A stretch of 64,000 nucleotides of DNA from Acidimicrobiales bacterium. GTDB lineage: Bacteria; Actinomycetota; Acidimicrobiia; Acidimicrobiales; Bin134. A program made the translations under genes and the position numbers. Shown one piece after another: positions 45,263 to 55,176 of the stretch. The notes beneath the pieces are model-generated. The model was not told the origin of the DNA. It worked only from the letters and a program-made list of their open reading frames with translations, and made no database searches. The stretch covers positions 2,699,247-2,763,246 of the forward strand of contig OZ246892.1 in NCBI GenBank assembly GCA_965231915.1, in the 5' to 3' direction. Each line of letters opens with the position of its first letter. Position 1 is the first letter of the stretch.

Positions 45263-45787
45263 CTAGAAGGTGTCCCGAAGCTGGCTCAGGCGGTGGCGCA
45301 CCGATCCGTCGATCACCTCGTCGCCGATGGTGGCCACCACGCCGCCCATGATGCTGGGATCGACGATCACCTTGATGTCCACCTGATGGCCGGTGGCCGC
45401 GCTCAGCGCGGCCGACAGCCGTCCAGCCTGGTCATCGGTCAGCGCCACCGCAGTCCGCACCTCGGCCACCGAGCGGCCCCGGTCTCGGGCGTTGATCTCC
45501 ACCGCCTCCTGGGCGATGCCGATCAGATCGGACGACCGCCCCGCGGCCACGATCATCGACACCACCGCGGTGGTGGTTTCCAACGCCTGGCCGCCCAGCA
45601 GGTCTTCCACGATCTGCTGGCGGCGAGCCGCGGGGACTTGCCGGTCGGACAGCGTCATCCGCAGCTCATCAGAGCCCTCCAGCGCCCGAGCAACGCGGAA
45701 GAGCTCGTCAGACACCACGTCGAGGTTGCCCTCGGCCCGGGCCACCGCGGCTACGGCGTCGGCGTAGCTGACAGATCGCTCGGCCAT
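45263..45787 (-). CDS. atpH: F1 ATP synthase delta (OSCP) subunit
   Basis: 174 aa with a C-terminal IDGSVRHRLSQL typical of delta. Its position is between atpF and atpA. Confidence 0.9.
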   Translation of the reverse strand: MAERSVSYADAVAAVARAEGNLDVVSDELFRVARALEGSDELRMTLSDRQVPAARRQQIVEDLLGGQALETTTAVVSMIVAAGRSSDLIGIAQEAVEINARDRGRSVAEVRTAVALTDDQAGRLSAALSAATGHQVDIKVIVDPSIMGGVVATIGDEVIDGSVRHRLSQLRDTF

Positions 45788-45791
45788 TGAC

Positions 45792-46828
<1,037 letters not shown>

Positions 46829-47593
46829 CTAGTGCTCGGGGTGTAGTGATCCGCCGATGTACACGGCGGTGAGAATGGTGAAGATGAAGGCCTGAAGGGC
46901 CGAGACGAAGATCTCGAAGGCGGTGAGCAGGATCAGCGCCGCAAACGGCAACACCGCGGGCACATAGAGGGTTCCCCACAAAGCGGCCGACAACACCGCG
47001 AAGGTCACCAGCAGCAGGTGGCCGGCAACCATGTTGGCCCAGAGCCGGATGGCCAGCGACAGCGGGCGGATCAACAGAATCTGAAGCAGTTCGATGGGCG
47101 CCACCAAGACGTAGAGCGCCTTGGGCACTCCCGGCGGGAACAGCGCCCCCTTGAAATAGTGGTAGAAGCCCTGAGCCCGAATTCCCACCACGTGGTAGAT
47201 GGCCCACACCACCAGTGCCAGGGCCAGCGGAATGGCCATCCTCGAGTTGGCCGGGAACTGAATGAACGGGACGACCTCGAAGATGTTGCTGAAGAAGACG
47301 AAGAAGAACAGCGTGGTCAAGAAGGGCAGATACCGGCGGCCGTCAGGGCCGATGGTCTGCATGATGATGCTGTTGTCAACAAACTCGATCCCCGCCTCGG
47401 CCACCGTCTGCGCCCCGGTGGGCACCAGCGCCCGCCGTCGCCCCGCAGCCCAGAACAGGCCGGCGGTGAGCAACATCGCGGCTACATAGATCAACCCGGT
47501 CTTGTTGAGGGCCACCGGCGTGTCGGTGAACAAGAAGTCGGGCCATACGAACAGGTGCGAGACCGGGGGAAAGTCCAGGGCAAACACGTTCAC
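46829..47593 (-). CDS. atpB: Fo ATP synthase a subunit
   Basis: LAIRLWANMVAGH carries the essential Arg. I prefer the GTG at 47593, which overlaps the atpI-like stop (GTGA), over the track ATG at 47659. Confidence 0.9.
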   Translation of the reverse strand: MNVFALDFPPVSHLFVWPDFLFTDTPVALNKTGLIYVAAMLLTAGLFWAAGRRRALVPTGAQTVAEAGIEFVDNSIIMQTIGPDGRRYLPFLTTLFFFVFFSNIFEVVPFIQFPANSRMAIPLALALVVWAIYHVVGIRAQGFYHYFKGALFPPGVPKALYVLVAPIELLQILLIRPLSLAIRLWANMVAGHLLLVTFAVLSAALWGTLYVPAVLPFAALILLTAFEIFVSALQAFIFTILTAVYIGGSLHPEH

Positions 47594-48036
47594 TGAGTGG
47601 CTCCTTGCGGTTTCAAGCCGGGATAAGCGAGGGACATGGAGACGTATCGGGTCTCCCAAACCAGCAGAACAATATGGGCCGCGACCAGCGTGATGACAAA
47701 CGGCAGCGCCTCAAACCAGCCGGTATTTCTCACCAGGAAATAGGCCCCGGTGAGAATTCCCAGGCGGATGAAGTAGCCGCCCATCACCCCAGCCATCAGC
47801 ATTGTGGGCGAAATCCGCATCGACCACGTGATCAGCGAGGCGGCCAGCCAGAAGTTGACCAGGATCAACCCGAGGGCATAGCCGCTCGACCACAGGCCAT
47901 CGAATCCCCACACCCCAGCGCACACTCCTACCAGCACCGGGCCGCCAATGAACCCCCTGCGAACGATGTCTTGGGCCATGGCCCGCTCGGGGGCCTCCTC
48001 GCCCATCGCCGTTTGCTGGTCGCTCTGTTCAGCCAT
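47590..48036 (-). CDS. atpI: ATP synthase protein I-like membrane protein
   Basis: 148 aa with four hydrophobic helices, directly upstream of atpB. The assignment rests on position and topology. Confidence 0.65.
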   Translation of the reverse strand: MAEQSDQQTAMGEEAPERAMAQDIVRRGFIGGPVLVGVCAGVWGFDGLWSSGYALGLILVNFWLAASLITWSMRISPTMLMAGVMGGYFIRLGILTGAYFLVRNTGWFEALPFVITLVAAHIVLLVWETRYVSMSLAYPGLKPQGATQ

Positions 48037-48319
48037 CGTTGTTCTCCGAAGCAGACTCGGCCCGCCGGCTGGGAAGGTTGCGGTCGTAAGCTTCCATGCG
48101 GTCGCTATAAGCCCTCATGGCCTTCCACGAGGTGTAGGAAACAGTCAGCAGGCACAAGGCCAGCGTGAAGATCGGCGTCGTCCCCAGCGCTCCGTCGATG
48201 AGCCAGCCGAAGAAGCCGAACACCGCCGGGGTGGCCACCAATTCGAAGGCGATGGAAAGGGCATCTCCCGCGCTCTGGCTGTTGTGAAACTGGCGATTCT
48301 GCGTCATTGCAGTTGGCAC
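48029..48319 (-). CDS. AtpZ/AtpI-family small membrane protein
   Basis: 96 aa with two TM helices (FELVATPAVFGFFGWLID, PIFTLALCLLTVSY). It is the first gene of the atp operon. Confidence 0.65.
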   Translation of the reverse strand: MPTAMTQNRQFHNSQSAGDALSIAFELVATPAVFGFFGWLIDGALGTTPIFTLALCLLTVSYTSWKAMRAYSDRMEAYDRNLPSRRAESASENNDG

Positions 48320-48417
48320 GGGTTGGGCCCCTATAGCGAGTGGATTGGCCTCGCCGAAATCGTTTCGCGAACCAGGCTACGGGGCCAAATCATCAGCCTG
48401 GCTCCCTGAAAGGTCGA

Positions 48418-49524
48418 TCAGGGGGTGCGGCGGCGCAGGATGGGGTGGAAGACGGTGTAGAGCAGCAACACCAGCGCCGCGGCGACGGGGACAATGATCA
48501 CCTCTCCTTCCCCGGTATAGGTGGGATACAGCACCAGGGTGGACATCAAGGCAGTGAACAGCCACAAAATCAGCACGCTGCGGCGGTGGCCGTGGCCCAG
48601 GCTCATCAGCCGGTGGTGCAGGTGCTCCTTGTCTGGGGCGGTGATGCTGGTACGGGCCCGAGTCCGCCGCAGCACCGCCCACAACACGTCAACCACCGGC
48701 ACGGCCAGGATGATCAGCGGTATGAGCATGGGGGCGAAAAGGAAGTACGTCTGCCCGGCGAACGGCTCGCTGCTGCGCCCCCCTACAGAGACGGTGGAGG
48801 CGGCCAAGAGCGTGCCCAGGAAGTAGGCCCCGCCGTCTCCCATGAAAATGCGGGCCCTATGGTAGTTCTGAGGCAGAAAGCCCACCGCCACTCCGCTGGC
48901 CACGATCGCCACCAGCGGCCCGATGTTGTTGGGCAACAGAACCTCTTCATCGGTGAGCTTGACTGAGTACACGAAGAACGTGAGCCCGGCGATGGCCACT
49001 ATGCCCGCGGCCAATCCGTCGAGGCCGTCTATCAAGTTGATGGCGTTGGCGATGGCCACCAACCACAAGACCGTGACCACGAAAGCCAGGTCTTGGGACA
49101 GAATCAGCGCGTCCAGCACCGGCAGTCTCAGATTCAGCACGGTCACCCCGGCGAACGACAGGATGCTGCCAGCCAGCACCATCGACGCCACTTTGGCCGG
49201 CGCCGACATCTCCCGGACATCGTCGTAGGTGCCGAACGCGATCATCACCAGCCCAGCGATCACGATTCCCACTGCCTCTGATGGGGTGGCGAACACCACG
49301 TCGAAATCGCTGAGCAACCAAGCTGTGCCCATAGCCGACAGAAAGCCCAGGAACATGGCCACGCCGCCGAGCACTGCGGTGGAGCGCTCATGGACTCGGC
49401 GGGCATCGGGTTCCACCATGAAACCCAAACGCTCGCTTATCCGGCGGAACACCGGGGTGGTCGCCAGCGTGACCCCCGCGGCTACGGCGAAGACAATGAG
49501 ATAGCTGTCAAGACCGGGAGCCAT
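48418..49524 (-). CDS. wecA: Polyprenyl-phosphate GlcNAc-1-phosphate transferase (WecA/Rfe, glycosyltransferase family 4)
   Basis: MraY/WecA motifs are NAINLIDGLDGLA and FMGDGG, with HHRL near the C-terminal end. Its position upstream of the atp operon matches M. tuberculosis rfe. Confidence 0.9.
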   Translation of the reverse strand: MAPGLDSYLIVFAVAAGVTLATTPVFRRISERLGFMVEPDARRVHERSTAVLGGVAMFLGFLSAMGTAWLLSDFDVVFATPSEAVGIVIAGLVMIAFGTYDDVREMSAPAKVASMVLAGSILSFAGVTVLNLRLPVLDALILSQDLAFVVTVLWLVAIANAINLIDGLDGLAAGIVAIAGLTFFVYSVKLTDEEVLLPNNIGPLVAIVASGVAVGFLPQNYHRARIFMGDGGAYFLGTLLAASTVSVGGRSSEPFAGQTYFLFAPMLIPLIILAVPVVDVLWAVLRRTRARTSITAPDKEHLHHRLMSLGHGHRRSVLILWLFTALMSTLVLYPTYTGEGEVIIVPVAAALVLLLYTVFHPILRRRTP

Positions 49525-49551
49525 GGCGTTGGCAGGCGCCCTCTCGGTTGC

Positions 49552-50802
49552 CTATCCGGCCAACGAATAGGGGGTGAACCGACCGCAAAGGCCAGCTACC
49601 TCGGATCGGACCTCGGCCACCGCGCTTTCGTCGTCTCGCTGCCGCAGGGTCCGGCCGATCATGCCCGCGATTAGGCCCATCTCAGTCGGGCCCATGCCCT
49701 GGGTGGTGGTGGCCGGGGTGCCGATGCGCACTCCGCTGGTCACGAACGGAGAGCGGGGATCGTCGGGCACGGTGTTCTTGTTGAGGGTGATGCCCGCCCG
49801 GTCGAGCACCTCTTGGGCCACCTTGCCAGTGAGATCGTCGTCGAATGCCCGCAGGTCCACCAGCAACAGGTGGTTGTCGCTTCCTCCCGAAACCAGGCGG
49901 AACCCCTCTTCGGCCAGGCCCTTCACCAGGGCACCGCTGTTCTCCACGATGCGGGCCGCGTAGTCGGCGAATTCGGGGGTGGCGGCCTCGCCGAAGGCCA
50001 CCGCCTTGGCCGCGATCACATGCTCCAGAGGTCCGCCCTGGAGTCCCGGGAACAGGGCCTTGTCGATGGCCGGGGCCAAATCCTGAGTGCATAGGATGGC
50101 GCCCCCTCGGGGGCCGCGCAGCGTTTTGTGAGTGGTGAAGGTAACGATGTCTGAATGGGGCACCGGATTGGGGTGAACGCCGCCGGCAATCAGCCCGGCG
50201 ATATGGGCCGCGTCAAACATGAACAGGGCGCCCACCTCGTCGGCGATTGAGCGGAACGGCGCGGGATCGATGATGCGGGGATAGGCGGTAGCCCCAGCCA
50301 CTATGAGCTTGGGTCGATGCTCGATGGCCAGATCCCGCACTTGGTCGTAGTCGATGCGCTCATCGCTGGGGGTCACCCCGTAGGCAACAAACTCATAGGT
50401 GCGCCCGCTGATGTTCACCGGAGAGCCGTGGGTGAGGTGGCCACCGTGATCCAAGCTCATGCCCAGCACGGTGTCGCCCGCCTCCAGCACCGCCAGATAG
50501 GCGGCCACATTGGCGTTGGCCCCCGAATGGGGTTGCACGTTGGCGTGGTCGGCCCCGAACAAGGCCGTGGCCCGCTCCCGGGCGATGGACTCCACCTCGT
50601 CGATCACCATGTTTCCGCCGTAGTAGCGGCGACCCGGGTACCCTTCGCTGTACTTGTTGGTGAGCACCGAGCCGGTGGCGCTCAACACCGCAGGCGAGGC
50701 GAAGTTCTCCGAGGCGATGAGCTGAATGGTGGTGTTCTGGCGCTCCACTTCCCGGCGGACCATGTCGAACACCGGGTCGTCTCTGCTGTCCGGCCACATC
50801 AC
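49552..50802 (-). CDS. glyA: Serine hydroxymethyltransferase
   Basis: Motifs are [22 protein letters not shown] and [12 protein letters not shown] (PLP lysine). Confidence 0.97.
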   Translation of the reverse strand: MMWPDSRDDPVFDMVRREVERQNTTIQLIASENFASPAVLSATGSVLTNKYSEGYPGRRYYGGNMVIDEVESIARERATALFGADHANVQPHSGANANVAAYLAVLEAGDTVLGMSLDHGGHLTHGSPVNISGRTYEFVAYGVTPSDERIDYDQVRDLAIEHRPKLIVAGATAYPRIIDPAPFRSIADEVGALFMFDAAHIAGLIAGGVHPNPVPHSDIVTFTTHKTLRGPRGGAILCTQDLAPAIDKALFPGLQGGPLEHVIAAKAVAFGEAATPEFADYAARIVENSGALVKGLAEEGFRLVSGGSDNHLLLVDLRAFDDDLTGKVAQEVLDRAGITLNKNTVPDDPRSPFVTSGVRIGTPATTTQGMGPTEMGLIAGMIGRTLRQRDDESAVAEVRSEVAGLCGRFTPYSLAG

Positions 50803-51257
50803 AGGGCTACCTCTTCATTGGGCAATAGGGCATCGATCTTGGCCACCCGGGAAACGTGGCGGCCCTCTTCGAATGCCACCTCCAGGAAGCTGTCCAGGGC
50901 TTCCCGGGCCGCCTCCGGGCCGATCAGCCTTTCACCCAGGCAGATCACGTTGGCGTCGTTGTGCTGGCGGGTCAGCCGGGCCGAGGTCACATCGTGCACG
51001 GTGGCCGCCCGCACGCCGGGCACCTTGTTGGCGGCCATGGCGATACCGATGCCGGTGCCGCACACGCACAAGCCCAGTTCGACCTCGCCAGCCGACACTT
51101 TGCGGGCCACCGCCTCGCCGTAGTCGGGATAGTCCACCCGGTCGGTGCCGTGGGTGCCGCAGTCCACCACCTCGTGTCCCATGTCCCGCAAATGGGCCAC
51201 CAGCACATCTTTCAACTGCACACCAGCGTGGTCGGCCCCGGCGGCGATTCGCGCCAT
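50799..51257 (-). CDS. rpiB: Ribose-5-phosphate isomerase B
   Basis: IAAGADHAG and [13 protein letters not shown] are RpiB/LacAB family motifs. 152 aa. Confidence 0.93.
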   Translation of the reverse strand: MARIAAGADHAGVQLKDVLVAHLRDMGHEVVDCGTHGTDRVDYPDYGEAVARKVSAGEVELGLCVCGTGIGIAMAANKVPGVRAATVHDVTSARLTRQHNDANVICLGERLIGPEAAREALDSFLEVAFEEGRHVSRVAKIDALLPNEEVAL

Positions 51258-51350
51258 GGCCTCAATCTACCCAGCCCGCTGTCTGATTGATGACTCTTTA
51301 GTGCGATCTTCCAACCCCATCGCTCTGCCCTTGCTGTTGCCTTATGCCGC

Positions 51351-52361
51351 TCAGGTGAAGGAAATCGGTGATTGCAACCACCACGGGCGGTCGCTGGTTC
51401 GGATCTCGGTCACCCACTTCACCCACCACAGTCCCCGACGACCGGGAGCCACCAGGCGGGCCGGGGCGCCGTGGCCCCGCGACAGAGGCTCTCCGCCCAG
51501 CTGATGGGCCAACATCATCTTGTCGACGTCGCCCAGGGGAAAGCGACGGGTGTAACCGGTGGCCGAGCGCACCTCAAGGCTGCGGCCCGTGGCACCCGGA
51601 CCCAAGAGCTCGGACAACATGGCGCCGGTCCAGTCCTGCGTGCTGTACCACCCGTTGGTGCAATCCAACGTGGCCTCCTTGGTTGTGGTGTGGGCAACAA
51701 GCTCCTGATAATCCAAGTCCCGCTCAACCGATCCCCGCAGACGTAGCACCCAGTCGTCGGGGTTGATACGAGGTGGCGAGTCGGTGAACCACTGCACCAC
51801 CGGCATATTTCGAGGCTGGCCTGAGCCCACTTCATGGGAGCCGGTAAAGCGCCGGTCGGCCGCAACCCATCGGTCGAAGACCGAGCGAAACCCAAAGGCG
51901 ATCCCCGCCACTCCCAGCGCTTGCAGCCAAGTGCGCCGGGAGAGGTCTATCGGGCGAATCCGCTGAGGGCGGGTCACCACGTGCAGCATCGCCAGCGGCA
52001 CGGCACCGATGGCGAATATGACGTGCAGCCCGATGGGCGACAACACCCCGAACGGCTCCCAGACGTCGAGCGTGTGGATCAGTCCGGTGACCAAAGCACC
52101 AGTGACCATCGTGGCCAGCGCCACAGAGGCAAAGCGGTTGGGACGACGGCGACTGAGGCCGCGCTGCACAACCGGTGACTTCGGACGGGCCAGAACCAAG
52201 ACCACGAAACCGAGCACGCCGTGGAGGGTCACTAGCCACGCCGTTGAAGAACTCCCGAGCAAAAATGAGGCGCCACCGGTTATCAAGGCCAATGTCAGCG
52301 CAATCAGCAGGGCCTGGTTGGTCTTGCGGCCTCGAGAAGCGGGGCTTTCGGGCCGGTTCAT
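51351..52361 (-). CDS. Molybdopterin-dependent oxidoreductase (sulfite-oxidase fold) with an N-terminal membrane domain
   Basis: The N-terminal ~170 aa contain about five TM helices. The C-terminal part (LDCTNGWYSTQDWTGA, GYTRRFP, GGEPLSRGHGAPARLVAPGRRGLWWVKWV) matches the Moco-binding oxidoreductase domain. Confidence 0.8.
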   Translation of the reverse strand: MNRPESPASRGRKTNQALLIALTLALITGGASFLLGSSSTAWLVTLHGVLGFVVLVLARPKSPVVQRGLSRRRPNRFASVALATMVTGALVTGLIHTLDVWEPFGVLSPIGLHVIFAIGAVPLAMLHVVTRPQRIRPIDLSRRTWLQALGVAGIAFGFRSVFDRWVAADRRFTGSHEVGSGQPRNMPVVQWFTDSPPRINPDDWVLRLRGSVERDLDYQELVAHTTTKEATLDCTNGWYSTQDWTGAMLSELLGPGATGRSLEVRSATGYTRRFPLGDVDKMMLAHQLGGEPLSRGHGAPARLVAPGRRGLWWVKWVTEIRTSDRPWWLQSPISFT

Positions 52362-52909
52362 TAGACGATCCCATCCACGTCAATCGCCCCTTGGCGAAGG
52401 ATGGAAAGCCCGGCTTCGGTCACCTCTACGACGGTTGAGGGCGGGGACTGAAGCTTGCCCCCGTCGATCACCAGCTGCACGTCCGGGAATGCGGCAGCAG
52501 CCTCGGCTGCGGTGTCAGGGGTGGGCTGGCCGCTCAGGTTGGCACTCGTGGTGGCGATGGGACCGACTGCGGCAGCCAGAGCCTGTACCAGTGGGTGGTC
52601 GGGACAGCGCACTCCGCAGCCGTCCTGGACGATGGTAAGCGCCCCCGGCCAGCAATTCTCCATAAGCCGACGGGTGGTGGGAAGGGGATCAAACAGCCCT
52701 TCGGCGTCGGCCGGGCGGGCCACCAAGATGGCCACCGCCTTGTCGAGGGGGCGCTGCTTAAGCTCGAACAGCAAGTCCACGTTTTCGGGCAGAGCGGCCA
52801 AGCCGTACACCGTGTCGGTAGGAACGATCACCGCCCGCCCCGACCGCAGCTCGGACGCGGCCATCTCCACCAACTCGGCTGGGCCGCCCGCGCTCATTGG
52901 CTCCGGCAT
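52361..52909 (-). CDS. tsaC: L-threonylcarbamoyladenylate synthase (TsaC/YrdC/Sua5 family)
   Basis: VIVPTDTVYGLAA and TSANLSGQP are family motifs. Its position after prmC matches M. tuberculosis Rv1301. Confidence 0.85.
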   Translation of the reverse strand: MPEPMSAGGPAELVEMAASELRSGRAVIVPTDTVYGLAALPENVDLLFELKQRPLDKAVAILVARPADAEGLFDPLPTTRRLMENCWPGALTIVQDGCGVRCPDHPLVQALAAAVGPIATTSANLSGQPTPDTAAEAAAAFPDVQLVIDGGKLQSPPSTVVEVTEAGLSILRQGAIDVDGIV

Positions 52910-53772
52910 TGCAGCACCCGGTCCCGGCCGGCCAAATCAGGGTGAACCGCTTCGATGGCCAGCCCACCAGTTAGGGCGATGGCCGCGGCCTCGTCCATCT
53001 GGTCGGGCGACAATTCCAACAGCACCGTTCCCCCCGGGCTCAGCCACCCGGCGGCGTCGACCAGAATGCGGCGGGCGCCGTCCAGACCGTCGGGGCCGCC
53101 CCGCAGAGCCAGCTCGGGCTCCCAGTCAGCCACTTCGGGAGACAGCGCCTCATCGTCTCGCACATACGGCGGGTTGCTAACCACCACATCCACCGTCCCG
53201 GCCAGAGACTCGGGCAGGGCTTCGAACCACGACCCCCGGCAGACCGACACCCGCACCGCGGCCCGGCCCAGTCCGGACAAGTTGGCCTGGGCCACGGCCA
53301 GCGCATCGGCCGATACGTCGGTCAGCACCACCCGGGATGACTCGCACTCCGCGGCCACCGCCAAGCCCACCGCACCGCTACCAGTCCCCAAGTCCACCGC
53401 CACCCCGCCCGGAGGGTCGCAGCGGGCCAGCTCGGCGATGGCCAGCCCGGCCAGCGTCTCGGTTTCAGGGCGGGGAATGAGCACCGCGGGGCTGACCATT
53501 AGATCCAAGCCCCGAAACCCCCAGCGTCCCAGCACATACTGCAACGGCTCCCCCGCCAGTCGGCGGGTCAGCATCGAGTCGAGATAGGCCGTCTGCCGCT
53601 GGGTGGGCACCTTGGTCAGCCCTACGTAGTACTCGCCACCCTCGTACCCCGAGGCCTGTTCCACCATTCGGCGGGCCTGCACGTCGGAATCGGCCACACC
53701 CGCCTGGCCCAAGCGTCGGGCGGCATCGGCCGCCACATCGCCCCAGACAAGGCGCGGGGCGGCCAAGCTCAC
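52894..53772 (-). CDS. prmC: Release factor glutamine methyltransferase PrmC (HemK)
   Basis: DLGTGSGAVG is the SAM motif and VVSNPPYV is the NPPY motif. It overlaps the prfA stop. Confidence 0.9.
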   Translation of the reverse strand: MSLAAPRLVWGDVAADAARRLGQAGVADSDVQARRMVEQASGYEGGEYYVGLTKVPTQRQTAYLDSMLTRRLAGEPLQYVLGRWGFRGLDLMVSPAVLIPRPETETLAGLAIAELARCDPPGGVAVDLGTGSGAVGLAVAAECESSRVVLTDVSADALAVAQANLSGLGRAAVRVSVCRGSWFEALPESLAGTVDVVVSNPPYVRDDEALSPEVADWEPELALRGGPDGLDGARRILVDAAGWLSPGGTVLLELSPDQMDEAAAIALTGGLAIEAVHPDLAGRDRVLQCRSQ

Positions 53773-54836
53773 GACCCGACCAGGTTTTCCTGGCGCTCGG
53801 CCTCGGCCAGGGCATCAACGACCACATCCAGATCGCCAGCCAGAATTCGATCCAGCTTGTACAGGGTCAGGCCGATGCGGTGGTCAGAGACCCGGTTCTC
53901 CTTGAAGTTGTAGGTGCGGATCTTCTCCGAACGGCCCCCGCCGCCCACTTGGCCCCGACGCTGCTCCGACAGCTCGTCTTGGCGGCGCTGCTGTTCGGCT
54001 TGGAGCAGACGGGCTCGCAGGACAGCCATCGCCTTGTTGCGGTTCTGGAGCTGACTCTTCTCATCTTGCATCGACACCACCAGCCCGGTGGGCTTATGGG
54101 TGATGCGAACCGCGGAATCGGTGGTGTTCACTGACTGGCCCCCCGGCCCCGACGAACGGTAGACGTCGACCTGGAGATCCTTCTCGTCGATCTGGACCTC
54201 CACCTCCTCGGCTTCGGGCAGAACCGACACGGTTGCCGACGACGTGTGCACCCGGCCCTGCGACTCGGTGACCGGCACCCGCTGCACCCGGTGAGGGCCG
54301 CCTTCGAACTTCATCTTGCTCCATACGTCTTCGCCCCGAAGCATGAACACCACGTCGGTGTAGCCCCCCATGTCGGAGCCCTGGGCGTTCATCATCTCCA
54401 GCTCCCAGCGATTCTGCCCGGCGAAGGCCGAGTACATGTCGAACAGATCGCGGGCGAACAGGTTGGCCTCCTCGCCTCCCTCGGCACCCTTGATCTCCAC
54501 TATCACGTTCTTGCCGTCGTTGGGGTCTTTGGGAGCCATCAGCTCGGCCAACTCGGCTTCTAGAGCCTCTACGGCCGCGGCAGCATTCTCGACCTCTGTT
54601 TCCAGCAGTTCCCGCTCCTCGGCATCGGCCTCGGCCAGCATCTCGGTGGCCGCCTCTATGTCCTCCCGGTGGCCCCTCAGTTCCCGGATGCGGGCAGCTT
54701 TGACCTCTAGTTCCTTGTAACGGCGGGCCGTGGCGGTATAAGCATCCCGATCAGCCAGCACCTCCGGATCGGCCAGCCGCTCTTCGAGCGCGACAAACTC
54801 CGCCACAATCTCCTCATAGGCTGAATTTAGCTCCAT
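53769..54836 (-). CDS. prfA: Peptide chain release factor 1
   Basis: It has the PVT-type tripeptide region (VPVTES) and SGPGGQSVNTTDSAVRITH (GGQ motif). 355 aa. Confidence 0.97.
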   Translation of the reverse strand: MELNSAYEEIVAEFVALEERLADPEVLADRDAYTATARRYKELEVKAARIRELRGHREDIEAATEMLAEADAEERELLETEVENAAAAVEALEAELAELMAPKDPNDGKNVIVEIKGAEGGEEANLFARDLFDMYSAFAGQNRWELEMMNAQGSDMGGYTDVVFMLRGEDVWSKMKFEGGPHRVQRVPVTESQGRVHTSSATVSVLPEAEEVEVQIDEKDLQVDVYRSSGPGGQSVNTTDSAVRITHKPTGLVVSMQDEKSQLQNRNKAMAVLRARLLQAEQQRRQDELSEQRRGQVGGGGRSEKIRTYNFKENRVSDHRIGLTLYKLDRILAGDLDVVVDALAEAERQENLVGS

Positions 54837-54896
54837 GCTCTCAACCTACCGCTGGAATGAGGGCGCGGCGGGGATGGATTGGCGAGATTGCGCTGG

Positions 54897-55163
54897 TCAG
54901 CTCTGCGAGGAAGAGCGCTTGCGCTGGCCGTATCGGCGCTCGAAGCGCTCCACTCGTCCGGCGGTGTCCACGATGGTCATCTGGCCGGTGAAAAACGGGT
55001 GGCTGGCACTGGAGATCCCAACCTTGGCCAGGGGGTACTCCTTGCCGTCCTCCCACTCGACGGTCTCGGATGTCTCAATGGTGGATCGGGTCAGAAAGGA
55101 CGTCCCCGCGGAGGTGTCCTGGAACACCACCAGTCGGTAATCGGGATGGATATCGGGCTTCAT
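54897..55163 (-). CDS. rpmE: 50S ribosomal protein L31, Cys-less (type B-like)
   Basis: [16 protein letters not shown] ... SHPFFTGQ. None of the CxxC/CxxCH zinc ligands are present. It lies between rho and prfA. Confidence 0.93.
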   Translation of the reverse strand: MKPDIHPDYRLVVFQDTSAGTSFLTRSTIETSETVEWEDGKEYPLAKVGISSASHPFFTGQMTIVDTAGRVERFERRYGQRKRSSSQS

Positions 55164-55176
55164 GTTGCTCCTAGCC

